Shown here one piece after another: positions 18,896 through 27,854 of a DNA stretch of 64,000 bases. Source of the DNA: Gammaproteobacteria bacterium (lineage in GTDB: Bacteria; Pseudomonadota; Gammaproteobacteria; Eutrophobiales; Eutrophobiaceae). A program made the position numbers and the translations under genes. The notes beneath the pieces were generated by a model. That model was not told the DNA's origin. It saw only the letters and a list, made by a program, of their open reading frames with translations, and ran no database searches. Location: assembly GCA_965205955.1 (NCBI GenBank), contig OZ242192.1, positions 2,128,658 through 2,192,657 on the forward strand, written 5' to 3'. Position 1 is the stretch's first letter; each line of letters opens with the position of its first letter.

Positions 18896-19270
18896 GGGAA
18901 ATTCGTGTTTATATCCGGCTGCTACGGCAATCTAGCCCGGATATTGCATGAGCGCGTGAGAAATGCAGGATTTTGGCCGAAAAGTCCTGATACCTGCCCC
19001 CGCCATGCCTGCGAAAGATTTATCCCCTGACCTGAGCAGGGGCAGGCATCCAGTCTTTCGCAGGAATTGCAGAGAAAGGGCAGGAATTGCAGAGAAGTCT
19101 ATACAACTGGCGCGCCAGCGAAACTGGCTGGAACACGTCGGCGTTTTACAGGTGGAAAGTATGGCGGGGACAAGCGCAGTTCGGGTACATTTAGTCATGG
19201 GTAACGGTTCTCATTGATTAGTATATTCTGAATCAATTCGCGTTTGAATAATTTGCCGGCAGAAATAAAC
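18896..19270. repeat. ~375-bp spacer insert (type B junction), copy 1
   Basis: Nearly identical to 22476..22871. It contains a nested palindrome at 19008-19064 (CCTGCGAAAGAtttatCCCCTGacctgagCAGGGGcaggcatccagTCTTTCGCAGG). It also contains a 53-nt internal fragment of the GT2 gene (19203-19255, matching 29641-29693). Confidence 0.85.
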
Positions 19271-20884
19271 TCAATCGCTAATCTTGAAAAAAGCGGAGAG
19301 TGGTTCGTTGTTTTCGGCAAAGCGATGCTCCCACAATAACCTGGCTTGGTCGGGTATATATCCACGAAGATACAAGCTACTTATATCCGAGGCTTCTTTA
19401 AGGTCTCTTCTCGGATGCAATATGACCAGATAGATATAATCAACCTCGGGATCGTACTCCATATATAGTTCTCCGGCGGGATTTCTGTTAATAGTGATTT
19501 CCTTCCGGGAGCTCCTATCGGCCAACAGGGGGATATAGACCGGTTGAGAAGACAGGATTACCGCATCCGGGGCAGTGGTTTTCTTCATGCGCTCCATTTC
19601 CAGGCTCATGGCCAATTTCGTTGCCGCTAATTGTGCCGCCTGCTGCAGGTCGTGGATGTCATAAAATTCCTTAATTCGATGATAGCCCGATGCTTTTCCG
19701 GTCTGGTATCTGTGCCACGTGTAGGACAGCGTCGGCAACACGATGGTGAATACCAGAACCATCGCAATGGAAACCGCAACGCCGCCGCGTTTCGATTTCA
19801 TTCTCCGAGCGCAAACATACAGGGAATAAAAACTATACATGATCAACAGGCATAGAATGGGATAGATAAAACGCCTAATATGGAACGGATGAGGCCACAG
19901 GAATAACACAAGCAAATACAGCAGCACATAGATTGCGTCCAGTTTTCCCTGTCCAACCCGAATGCACAGACCCAGCAGGGAAAACAGGCCGGCAAGTAGA
20001 ATGATCGATTGGGCCGGGAGGGTCTGATCGGTCCAGTAATACAGCAGCCCGCCCAGCCAATTATCATGGAAGGCCACCAATTGCTCTTTTAGATCCCAAC
20101 TGACCTTGATTATTTCTGTCTCCGAACCAAGCAGGCCGCCGATTTGATCGACATAATGAGCGGCAAAAACCGTGCCATGCGCCCACCAGGATGCCGTCAT
20201 AACCGCCAATGAAAAAAATACCGGGATGACAAAATACAGCCTATCGAGACTGCCCCGCCTCCATTTTACGATGCAGATAACGATAAATGCCGCCAGCATT
20301 GCGACCCCGATCGTTCTTGTCAGCACCAGCAGGGCCAGCAGCAGGCCGAAAATGAATAGATTGGTTTTTCTGGAAAGATCGGCTTTATCAAAAAAAATCA
20401 ACGTGGCCAGGCTGAGAAATAAATAAAGGGGTTCACTGAGGATCCCCATGGAATTCAGCCAGGCGGACGGGCTGAGACAAAATATGAATACAATCAGCAG
20501 GGCCTGGTGATTTGCGGCAAACATACTGCGGGCAAAGATAAATATAAGAGGAATAGCCAGCAATAAAAAAAGGGCGGTTAGCACGTGCGCCAGGGTGTAA
20601 TCGTAGGCCGCACCCAGGATAGCCAGGATAAACGGGAAAAAGGGCGGAAAGTCCTGACTTGGCCAGGCGGCAACAATGGCCGGACTGGCTTCCTGCCAGG
20701 GGGATAAATAGCGCGCCATCAGCAAATAATTTACGCTGTCACTAAAAAAGGATGCGAGTCCGTCGTGTGCGACAAATGGAATGAGAAATACTGCATACAC
20801 GCCAACGAAAACAAACAACGCGGCATAGTGGAACAGACTGCTCCGCGAAGAAAGTAAAATAAAATTACCGACTATGGAAAACAT
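19271..20884 (-). CDS. putative GT-C-fold membrane glycosyltransferase, paralog 4 (alternative N-terminus)
   Basis: The ATG at 20884 gives MFSIVGNFILLSSRSSLFHYAALFVF..., 10 nt after the paralog-5 stop. The tracked 570-aa ORF runs into paralog 5 and is an over-extension. The C-terminus is identical in protein sequence to that of paralog 7. Confidence 0.7.
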   Translation of the reverse strand: MFSIVGNFILLSSRSSLFHYAALFVFVGVYAVFLIPFVAHDGLASFFSDSVNYLLMARYLSPWQEASPAIVAAWPSQDFPPFFPFILAILGAAYDYTLAHVLTALFLLLAIPLIFIFARSMFAANHQALLIVFIFCLSPSAWLNSMGILSEPLYLFLSLATLIFFDKADLSRKTNLFIFGLLLALLVLTRTIGVAMLAAFIVICIVKWRRGSLDRLYFVIPVFFSLAVMTASWWAHGTVFAAHYVDQIGGLLGSETEIIKVSWDLKEQLVAFHDNWLGGLLYYWTDQTLPAQSIILLAGLFSLLGLCIRVGQGKLDAIYVLLYLLVLFLWPHPFHIRRFIYPILCLLIMYSFYSLYVCARRMKSKRGGVAVSIAMVLVFTIVLPTLSYTWHRYQTGKASGYHRIKEFYDIHDLQQAAQLAATKLAMSLEMERMKKTTAPDAVILSSQPVYIPLLADRSSRKEITINRNPAGELYMEYDPEVDYIYLVILHPRRDLKEASDISSLYLRGYIPDQARLLWEHRFAENNEPLSAFFKISD

Positions 20885-20894
20885 AGACAATGAA

Positions 20895-22475
20895 TCAATC
20901 CCTAATCTCGAAAAAAGCCGAAAATGGTTCGTTATTATCGGTGGAATGCACCCACAATACATTGGTAGGGCGGCGTATATCAATATTCAGGCCGTTCACC
21001 CCTTCATTTAACCACGGATCAATTTTAGTCAGATAGACATAATCGGCATCCCGGGCCGGCTGTATATATAGCTCTCCGGCAGAATTTTTCTCAATAGTGA
21101 TTTGCCTGCCGACCCTGTCGGCCAGCAAGACTATATAGGCCGGTTCAAAACACAGGATTACCGCATCCGGGGCAGTGGTTTTCTCCATGCGTTCCATTTC
21201 CAGGATCATGGACAAATTTATTGCCGCCAATTGTGCCGCCAGCTTCAGGTCGTGGATGTCATAAAATTCCTTAATTTGATGATAGCCCGATTCTTTTCCG
21301 GTCTGGTATCTGTGCCACGTGTAGGACAGCGTTGGCAACACGATAGCAAGTACCAGAACCATCGCAATGGAAACCGCAGCACCTCCGCGCTTCAATTCCA
21401 TTCTCCGAGCGCAAACATACAGGGAATAAAAACTATACGTTATCAACAGGCATAGAATGGGATAGATAAAACGCCCCATATGGAACGGATGGGGCCACAC
21501 AAACAACACAAGCAAATACAGCAGCACATAGATTGCGTCCAATTTTCCCTGTCCGACCCGAATGCACAGGCCCAGCAGCGAAAGCAGACCGACAAGCAAC
21601 ATGATCGATTGGGCCACGAGAGTCTGATCGGTCCAGTAATACAGCAGCCCGCCCAGCCAATTATCATGGAAGGCCGCCAATTGCTCTTTTAGATCCCAGC
21701 GAACCTCGATTTTTTCCGTCTCCGAACCGAGCAGGCTGCCGATTTGATCGATATACACGGGGGAAACAACCGTACCATGCGCCCACCAGGATGCCGCCAT
21801 AACCGCCAATGAAAAAAATACCGGGATGACAAAATACGGCCTATCGAGACTGCCCCGCCTCCATTTTACGATGCAGATAACGATAAATGCCGCCAGCATT
21901 GCGACCCCGATCGTTCTTGTCAGCACCAGCAGGGCCAGCAGCAGGCCGAAAATGAATAGATTGGGTTTTCTGGAAAGATCGGCTTTATCAAAAAAAATCA
22001 ATGTGGCCAGGCTGAGAAATAAATAAAGGGGTTCACTGAGGATCCCCATGGAATTCAGCCAGGCAGACGGGCTGAGACAAAATATGCATACGATCAGCAA
22101 AGCCTGATGATTTGCGGCAAACATACTGCGGGCAAAGATAAATACCAGAGGAATAGCCAGCAGTAAAAAAAGGGCGGTTAGCATGTGCGCCAGGGTGTAA
22201 TCGTAGGCCGCACCCGCGAAGGCCAGGATAAACGGAAAAAAAGGCGGAAAATCCTGACTTGACCAAGTGGCAACAACGGCCGGGCTGGCTTCATACCAGG
22301 GGGATAAATAGCGCGCCATAAGCAAATAATTTACGCTATCACTAAAAAAAGATGCCAGTCCGTCATGCGCGACAAAGGGAATGAGAAATACTGCATACAT
22401 GCCGACAAAGACAAACAGTGCCGCATAAGAGAGCAGATCGTTGCGGGAAGGGGAAGAAATGAAAGTACTGGCCAA
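20895..22475 (-). CDS. putative GT-C-fold membrane glycosyltransferase, paralog 5
   Basis: 526 aa intact ORF. C-terminal class ...NEGVNGLNIDIRRPTNVLWVHSTDNNEPFSAFFEIRD, shared only with paralog 9. Confidence 0.7.
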   Translation of the reverse strand: MASTFISSPSRNDLLSYAALFVFVGMYAVFLIPFVAHDGLASFFSDSVNYLLMARYLSPWYEASPAVVATWSSQDFPPFFPFILAFAGAAYDYTLAHMLTALFLLLAIPLVFIFARSMFAANHQALLIVCIFCLSPSAWLNSMGILSEPLYLFLSLATLIFFDKADLSRKPNLFIFGLLLALLVLTRTIGVAMLAAFIVICIVKWRRGSLDRPYFVIPVFFSLAVMAASWWAHGTVVSPVYIDQIGSLLGSETEKIEVRWDLKEQLAAFHDNWLGGLLYYWTDQTLVAQSIMLLVGLLSLLGLCIRVGQGKLDAIYVLLYLLVLFVWPHPFHMGRFIYPILCLLITYSFYSLYVCARRMELKRGGAAVSIAMVLVLAIVLPTLSYTWHRYQTGKESGYHQIKEFYDIHDLKLAAQLAAINLSMILEMERMEKTTAPDAVILCFEPAYIVLLADRVGRQITIEKNSAGELYIQPARDADYVYLTKIDPWLNEGVNGLNIDIRRPTNVLWVHSTDNNEPFSAFFEIRD

Positions 22476-22871
22476 GGGAAAAGTCGTGTTTATATCCGGC
22501 TGCTACGGCAATCTAACCCGGATATTGCATGAGCGCGTGAGAAATGCAGGATTTTGACCGAAAAGTCCTGAGACCTGCCCCCGCCATGCCTGCACCATCC
22601 CCGCCATGCCTGCAAAAGATTTATCCCCTGACCTGAGCAGGGGCAGGCATCCAGTCTTTCGCAGAAATTGCAGAGAAAGGGCAAGAATTGCAGAGAAGTC
22701 TATACAACTGGCGCGCCAGCGAAACTGGCTGGAACACGTCGGCGTTTTACAGGTGGAAAGTATGGCGGGGACAAGCGCAGTTCGGGTACATTTAGTCATG
22801 GGTAACGGTTCTCATTGATTAGTATATTCTGAATCAATTCGCGTTTGAATAATTTGCCGGCAGAAATAAAC
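22476..22871. repeat. ~396-bp spacer insert (type B junction), copy 2
   Basis: Same element as 18896..19270, with an extra direct duplication of ccccgccatgcctgca (22579-22594 and 22599-22614). The palindrome lies at about 22609-22664. Confidence 0.85.
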
Positions 22872-24464
22872 TCAATCGCTAATCTTGAAAAAAGCGGATA
22901 GTGGTTCGTTGTTTTCGGCAGAGCGATGCTCCCACAATAATCGCGCCTGATCGGGTATATATTTACGAAGATACAAGATGTTTATATCCGAGTTGTCTCT
23001 TCCCAGATGCGATCTGACCAGATAGATATAATCAACCTCGGGCGCGTACTCCATATACAGTTCTCCGGCGGGATTTCTGTTAATAGTGATTTCCCGGACG
23101 ATTCTATCAGCCAGCAGAGGAATATAAGCCGGTTGAGAAGACAGAATTACCGCATCCGGGGCAGTGGTTTTCCTCATGCGTTCTATTTCCAGGATCATGG
23201 CCAATTTCGTTGCCGCTAATTGTGCCGCCTGCTTCAGGTCGTGGGCGTCATAAAATTCCTTAATTCGATGATAGCCCGATTCTTTTCCGGTCTGGTATCT
23301 GTGCCATGTGTAGGACAGCGTTGGCAACACGATAGCAAGTACCAGAACCATCGCAATGGAAACCGCAGCACCTCCGCGCTTCAATTCCATTCTCCGAGCG
23401 CAAACATACAGGGAATAAAAACTATACGTTATCAACAGGCATAGAATGGGATAGATAAAACGCCCTATATAGAACGGATGGGGCCACACAAACAACACAA
23501 GCAAATACAGCAGCACATAGATTGCGTCCAATTTTCCCTGTCCGACCCGAATGCACAGGCCCAGCAGCGAAAGCAGACCGACAAGCAACATGATCGATTG
23601 GGCCACGAGAGTCTGATCGGTCCAGTAATACAGCAGCCCGCCCAGCCAATTATCATGGAAGGCCGCCAATTGCTCTTTTAGATCCCAGCGAACCTCGATT
23701 TTTTCCGTCTCCGAACCGAGCAGGCTGCCGATTTGATCGATATATAGGGGGGAAACAACCGTACCATGCGCCCACCAGGATGCCGCCATAACCGCCAATG
23801 AAAAAAATACCGGGATGACAAAATACAGCCTATCGAGACTGCCCCGCCTCCATTTTACGATGCAGATAACGATAAATGCCGCCAGCATTGCGACCCCGAT
23901 CGTTCTTGTCAGCACCAGCAGGGCCAGCAGCAGGCCGAAAATGAATAGATTGGTTTTTCTGGAAAGATCGGCTTTATCAAAAAAAATCAACGTGGCCAGG
24001 CTGAGAAATAAATAAAGGGGTTCACTGAGGATCCCCATGGAATTCAGCCAGGCGGACGGGCTGAGACAAAATATGCATACAATCAGCAAGGCCTGGTGAT
24101 TTGCGGCGAACATACTGCGGGCAAAGATAAATACAAGAGGGATGGACAGCAGTAAAAAAAAGGCAGTGAGCATGTGCGCCAGAGTGTAATCGTAGGCCAC
24201 ACCCGAGATGGCCAGGATAAACGGAAAAAAAGGCGGAAAATCCTGACTTGGCCAGGCGGCAACAACCGCCGGACTGGCTTCATGCCAGGGTGACAAATAG
24301 CGCGCCATCAGCAAATAATTTACGCTGTCACTAAAAAAAGATGCCAGTCCGTCATGCGCGACAAAGGGAATGAGAAATACTGCATAAATGCCGGCAAAGA
24401 CAAACAGCACCGCATAAGAGAGCCGATCGTTGCGGGAAGGGGAAGAAATGAAAGTACTGGCCAA
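22872..24464 (-). CDS. putative GT-C-fold membrane glycosyltransferase, paralog 6
   Basis: 530 aa intact ORF. Mid-region matches the paralog 5 type. The C-terminus has a shorter variant (...HLGRDNSDINILYLRKYIPDQARLLWEHRSAENNEPLSAFFKISD). Confidence 0.7.
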   Translation of the reverse strand: MASTFISSPSRNDRLSYAVLFVFAGIYAVFLIPFVAHDGLASFFSDSVNYLLMARYLSPWHEASPAVVAAWPSQDFPPFFPFILAISGVAYDYTLAHMLTAFFLLLSIPLVFIFARSMFAANHQALLIVCIFCLSPSAWLNSMGILSEPLYLFLSLATLIFFDKADLSRKTNLFIFGLLLALLVLTRTIGVAMLAAFIVICIVKWRRGSLDRLYFVIPVFFSLAVMAASWWAHGTVVSPLYIDQIGSLLGSETEKIEVRWDLKEQLAAFHDNWLGGLLYYWTDQTLVAQSIMLLVGLLSLLGLCIRVGQGKLDAIYVLLYLLVLFVWPHPFYIGRFIYPILCLLITYSFYSLYVCARRMELKRGGAAVSIAMVLVLAIVLPTLSYTWHRYQTGKESGYHRIKEFYDAHDLKQAAQLAATKLAMILEIERMRKTTAPDAVILSSQPAYIPLLADRIVREITINRNPAGELYMEYAPEVDYIYLVRSHLGRDNSDINILYLRKYIPDQARLLWEHRSAENNEPLSAFFKISD

Positions 24465-24541
24465 GGGAAATTCGTGTTTATATTCGGTAATCTAGTTCAA
24501 TCTGAAGATGTCGTATTTCAAAATGCAATGCAGAAATAAAC

Positions 24542-26146
24542 TCAATCGCTAATCTTGAAAAAAGCGGATAGTGGTTCGTTGTTTTCGGCAAAGCGATGCT
24601 CCCACAATAACCTGGCTTGGTCGGGTATATATCCACGAAGATACAAGCTACTTATATCCGAGGCTTCTTTAAGGTCTCTTCTCGGATGCAATATGACCAG
24701 ATAGATATAATCAACCTCGGGATCGTACTCCATATATAGTTCTCCGGCGGGATTTCTGTTAATAGTGATTTCCTTCCGGGAGCTCCTATCGGCCAACAGG
24801 GGGATATAGACCGGTTGAGAAGACAGGATTACCGCATCCGGGGCGGTGGTTTTCTTCATGCGCTCCATTTCCAGGCTCATGGCCAATTTCGTTGCCGCTA
24901 ATTGTGCCGCCTGCTGCAGGTCGTGGATGTCATAAAATTCCTTAATTCGATGATAGCCCGATTCTTTTCCGGTCTGGTATCTGTGCCACGTGTAGGACAG
25001 CGTCGGCAACACGGTGGTGAATACCAGAACCATCGCAATGGAAACCGCAACGCCGCCGCGTTTCGATTCCATTCTCCGAGCGCAAACATACAGGGAATAA
25101 AAACTATACATGATCAACAGGCATAGAATGGGATAGATAAAACGCCTCATATGGAACGGATGGGGCCACAGGAACAACACAAGCAAATACAGCAGCACAT
25201 AGATTGCGTCCAATTTTCCCTGTCCGACCCGAATGCACAGACCCAGCAGGGAAAACAGGCCGGCAAGTAGAATGATCGATTGGGCCGGGAGGGTCTGATC
25301 GGTCCAGTAATACAGCAGCCCGCCCAGCCAAAAACCATGGAAGGCTACCAATTGCTCTTTTAGATCCCAACTGACCCTGATTTTTTCCGTCTCCGAACCG
25401 AGCAGGCTGCCGATTTGATCGATATACATGGGGGAAACAACCGTGCCATGCGCCCACCAGGATGCCGCCATAACCGCCAATGAAAAAAATACCGGGATGA
25501 CAAAATACAGCCTATCGAGACTGCCCCGCCTCCATTTTACGATGCAGATAACGATAAATGCCGCCAGCATTGCCACCCCGATCGTTCTTGTCAGCACCAG
25601 CAGGGCCAGCAGCAGGCCGAAAATGAATAGATTGGTTTTTCTGGAAAGATCGGCTTTATCAAAAAAAATCAACGTGGCCAGGCTGAGAAATAAATAAAGG
25701 GGTTCACTGAGGATCCCCATGGAATTCAGCCAGGCGGACGGGCTGAGGCAAAATATGAATACAATCAGCAGGGCCTGGTGATTTGCGGCGAACATACTGC
25801 GGGCAAAGATAAATATAAGAGGAATAGCCAGCAGTAAAAAAAGGGCGGTTAGCACGTGCGCCAGGGTGTAATCGTAGGCCGCACCCAGGATAGCCAGGAT
25901 AAACGGGAAAAAGGGCGGAAAATCCTGACTTGGCCAGGCGGCAACAATGGCCGGACTGGCTTCATGCCAGGGGGATAAATAGCGCGCCATAAGCAAATAA
26001 TTTACGCTATCACTAAAAAAGGACGCGAGTCCGTCGTGTGCGACAAATGGAATGAGAAATACTGCATAAATGCCGGCAAAGACAAACAGTGCCGCATAAG
26101 AGAGCAGATCGTTGCGGGAAGGGGAAGAAATGAACGTACTGGCCAA
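24542..26146 (-). CDS. putative GT-C-fold membrane glycosyltransferase, paralog 7
   Basis: The start is aligned to the TTG used by the other copies (LASTFISS...). The tracked ORF extends to another TTG at 26173 because of a 1-nt spacer difference. Intact ORF. Confidence 0.7.
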   Translation of the reverse strand: MASTFISSPSRNDLLSYAALFVFAGIYAVFLIPFVAHDGLASFFSDSVNYLLMARYLSPWHEASPAIVAAWPSQDFPPFFPFILAILGAAYDYTLAHVLTALFLLLAIPLIFIFARSMFAANHQALLIVFIFCLSPSAWLNSMGILSEPLYLFLSLATLIFFDKADLSRKTNLFIFGLLLALLVLTRTIGVAMLAAFIVICIVKWRRGSLDRLYFVIPVFFSLAVMAASWWAHGTVVSPMYIDQIGSLLGSETEKIRVSWDLKEQLVAFHGFWLGGLLYYWTDQTLPAQSIILLAGLFSLLGLCIRVGQGKLDAIYVLLYLLVLFLWPHPFHMRRFIYPILCLLIMYSFYSLYVCARRMESKRGGVAVSIAMVLVFTTVLPTLSYTWHRYQTGKESGYHRIKEFYDIHDLQQAAQLAATKLAMSLEMERMKKTTAPDAVILSSQPVYIPLLADRSSRKEITINRNPAGELYMEYDPEVDYIYLVILHPRRDLKEASDISSLYLRGYIPDQARLLWEHRFAENNEPLSAFFKISD

Positions 26147-26224
26147 GGGAAAAGTCGTATTTATATTCGGCAATTTAGTTCAATCTGAAGACGCCGTATT
26201 TCAAAATGCAATGCAGAAATAAAC

Positions 26225-27844
26225 TCAATCGCTAATCTTGAAAAAAGCGGAGAGTAGTTCATTGTTTTCGGCAGAGCGATGCTCCCACAATAATCTGGCT
26301 TGGTCGGGTATATATTTACGCAGAAGCAAGCCGTTTACATCTATAATATCCGAGTCTTCATGGACTCTTCCCAGATGCGATCTGAACAGATAGATATAAT
26401 CAACCTCAGGATCGTGCTCCATATATAGTTCTCCGGCGGGATTTCTGTTAATAGTGATTTTATCCCGGGCGATTCTATCAGCCAGTAGCGGGATATAGTT
26501 CGGGTGAGAAGACAGGATCACCGCATCCGGGGCAGTGGTTTTCCGCATACGCTCCATTTCCAGGCTCATGGCCAATTTCGTTGCCGCTAATTGTGCCGCC
26601 TGCTGCAGGTTGTGGATGTCATAAAATTCCTTAATTTGATGATAGCCCGATTCTTTTCCGGTCTGGTATCTGTGCCACGTGTAGGACAGCGTCGGCAACA
26701 CGGGGGTGAGCACCAGAACCATCGCAATGGAAACCGCAACGCCGCCGCGCTTCAATTCCATTCTCCGAGCGCAAACATACAGGGAATAAAAACTATACGT
26801 TATCAACAGGCATAGAATGGGATAGATAAAACGCCCCATATAGAACGGATGGGGCCACACAAACAACACAAGCAAATACAGCAACACATAGATTGCGTCC
26901 AGTTTTCCCTGTCCGACCCGAATGCACAGGCCCAGCAGCGAAAGCAGACCGACAAGCAACATGATCGATTGGGCCACGAGAGTCTGATCGGTCCAGTAAT
27001 ACAGCAACCCGCCCAGCCAATTATCATGGAAGGCCGCCAATTGCTCTTTTAGATCCCAGCGAACCTCGATTTTTTCCGTCTCCGAACCGAGCAGGCCACC
27101 GATTTGATCGATATAATGAGCCGCAAAAACCGTGCCATGCGCCCACCAGAATGCCGTCATAACCGCCAATGAAAAAAATACCGGGATGACAAAATACAGC
27201 CTATCGAGACTGCCCCGCCTCCATTTTACGATGCAGATAACGATAAATGCCGCCAGCATTGCCACCCCGATCGTTCTTGTCAGCACCAGCAGGGCCAGCA
27301 GCAGGCCGAAAATGAATAGATTGGTTTTTCTGGAAAGATCGGCTTTATCAAAAAAAATCAACGTGGCCAGGCTGAGAAATAAATAAAGGGGTTCACTGAG
27401 GATCCCCATGGAATTCAGCCAGGCGGACGGGCTGAGGCAAAATATGAATACAATCAGCAGGGCCTGGTGATTTGCGGCGAACATACTGCGGGCAAAGATA
27501 AATATAAGAGGAATAGCCAGCAGTAAAAAAAGGGCGGTTAGCACGTGCGCCAGGGTGTAATCGTAGGCCGCACCCAGGATAGCCAGGATAAACGGGAAAA
27601 AGGGCGGAAAATCCTGACTTGGCCAGGCGGCAACAATGGCCGGACTGGCTTCATGCCAGGGTGACAAATAGCGCGCCATCAGCAAATAATGTACGCTATC
27701 ACTAAAAAAGGATACGAGTCCGTCGTGCGCGACAAATGGAATGAGAAATACTGCATACATGCCAACGAAAACAAACAACGCGGCATAGTGGAACAGACTG
27801 CTCCGCGAAGAAAGTAAAATAAAATTACCGACTATGGAAAACAT
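26225..27844 (-). CDS. putative GT-C-fold membrane glycosyltransferase, paralog 8 (alternative N-terminus)
   Basis: The ATG at 27844 gives MFSIVGNFILLSS..., 10 nt after the paralog-9 stop, as in paralog 4. The tracked 572-aa ORF over-extends into paralog 9. Confidence 0.7.
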   Translation of the reverse strand: MFSIVGNFILLSSRSSLFHYAALFVFVGMYAVFLIPFVAHDGLVSFFSDSVHYLLMARYLSPWHEASPAIVAAWPSQDFPPFFPFILAILGAAYDYTLAHVLTALFLLLAIPLIFIFARSMFAANHQALLIVFIFCLSPSAWLNSMGILSEPLYLFLSLATLIFFDKADLSRKTNLFIFGLLLALLVLTRTIGVAMLAAFIVICIVKWRRGSLDRLYFVIPVFFSLAVMTAFWWAHGTVFAAHYIDQIGGLLGSETEKIEVRWDLKEQLAAFHDNWLGGLLYYWTDQTLVAQSIMLLVGLLSLLGLCIRVGQGKLDAIYVLLYLLVLFVWPHPFYMGRFIYPILCLLITYSFYSLYVCARRMELKRGGVAVSIAMVLVLTPVLPTLSYTWHRYQTGKESGYHQIKEFYDIHNLQQAAQLAATKLAMSLEMERMRKTTAPDAVILSSHPNYIPLLADRIARDKITINRNPAGELYMEHDPEVDYIYLFRSHLGRVHEDSDIIDVNGLLLRKYIPDQARLLWEHRSAENNELLSAFFKISD

Positions 27845-27854
27845 AGACAATGAA

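Noticed and set aside
18932-19217. Small overlapping ORFs inside the type-B spacer inserts (18932..19198 -, 18963..19217 +, and their twins 22503..22799 -, 22606..22818 +).
   Set aside because: They overlap each other on opposite strands, span the palindromic element and have no RBS or recognisable motif. Their conservation is explained by the DNA duplication itself. They could still be checked by RNA-seq or Ribo-seq.
20885-20983. N-terminal extensions of paralogs 4 and 8 (570- and 572-aa ORFs starting at 20983 and 27943) that overlap the preceding paralog by about 90 nt.
   Set aside because: The extension (MIYAALPMYCGCIPPIITNHF...) is just the alternative frame of the upstream gene's conserved C-terminus. 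The internal ATG at 20884 / 27844 restores the common architecture.
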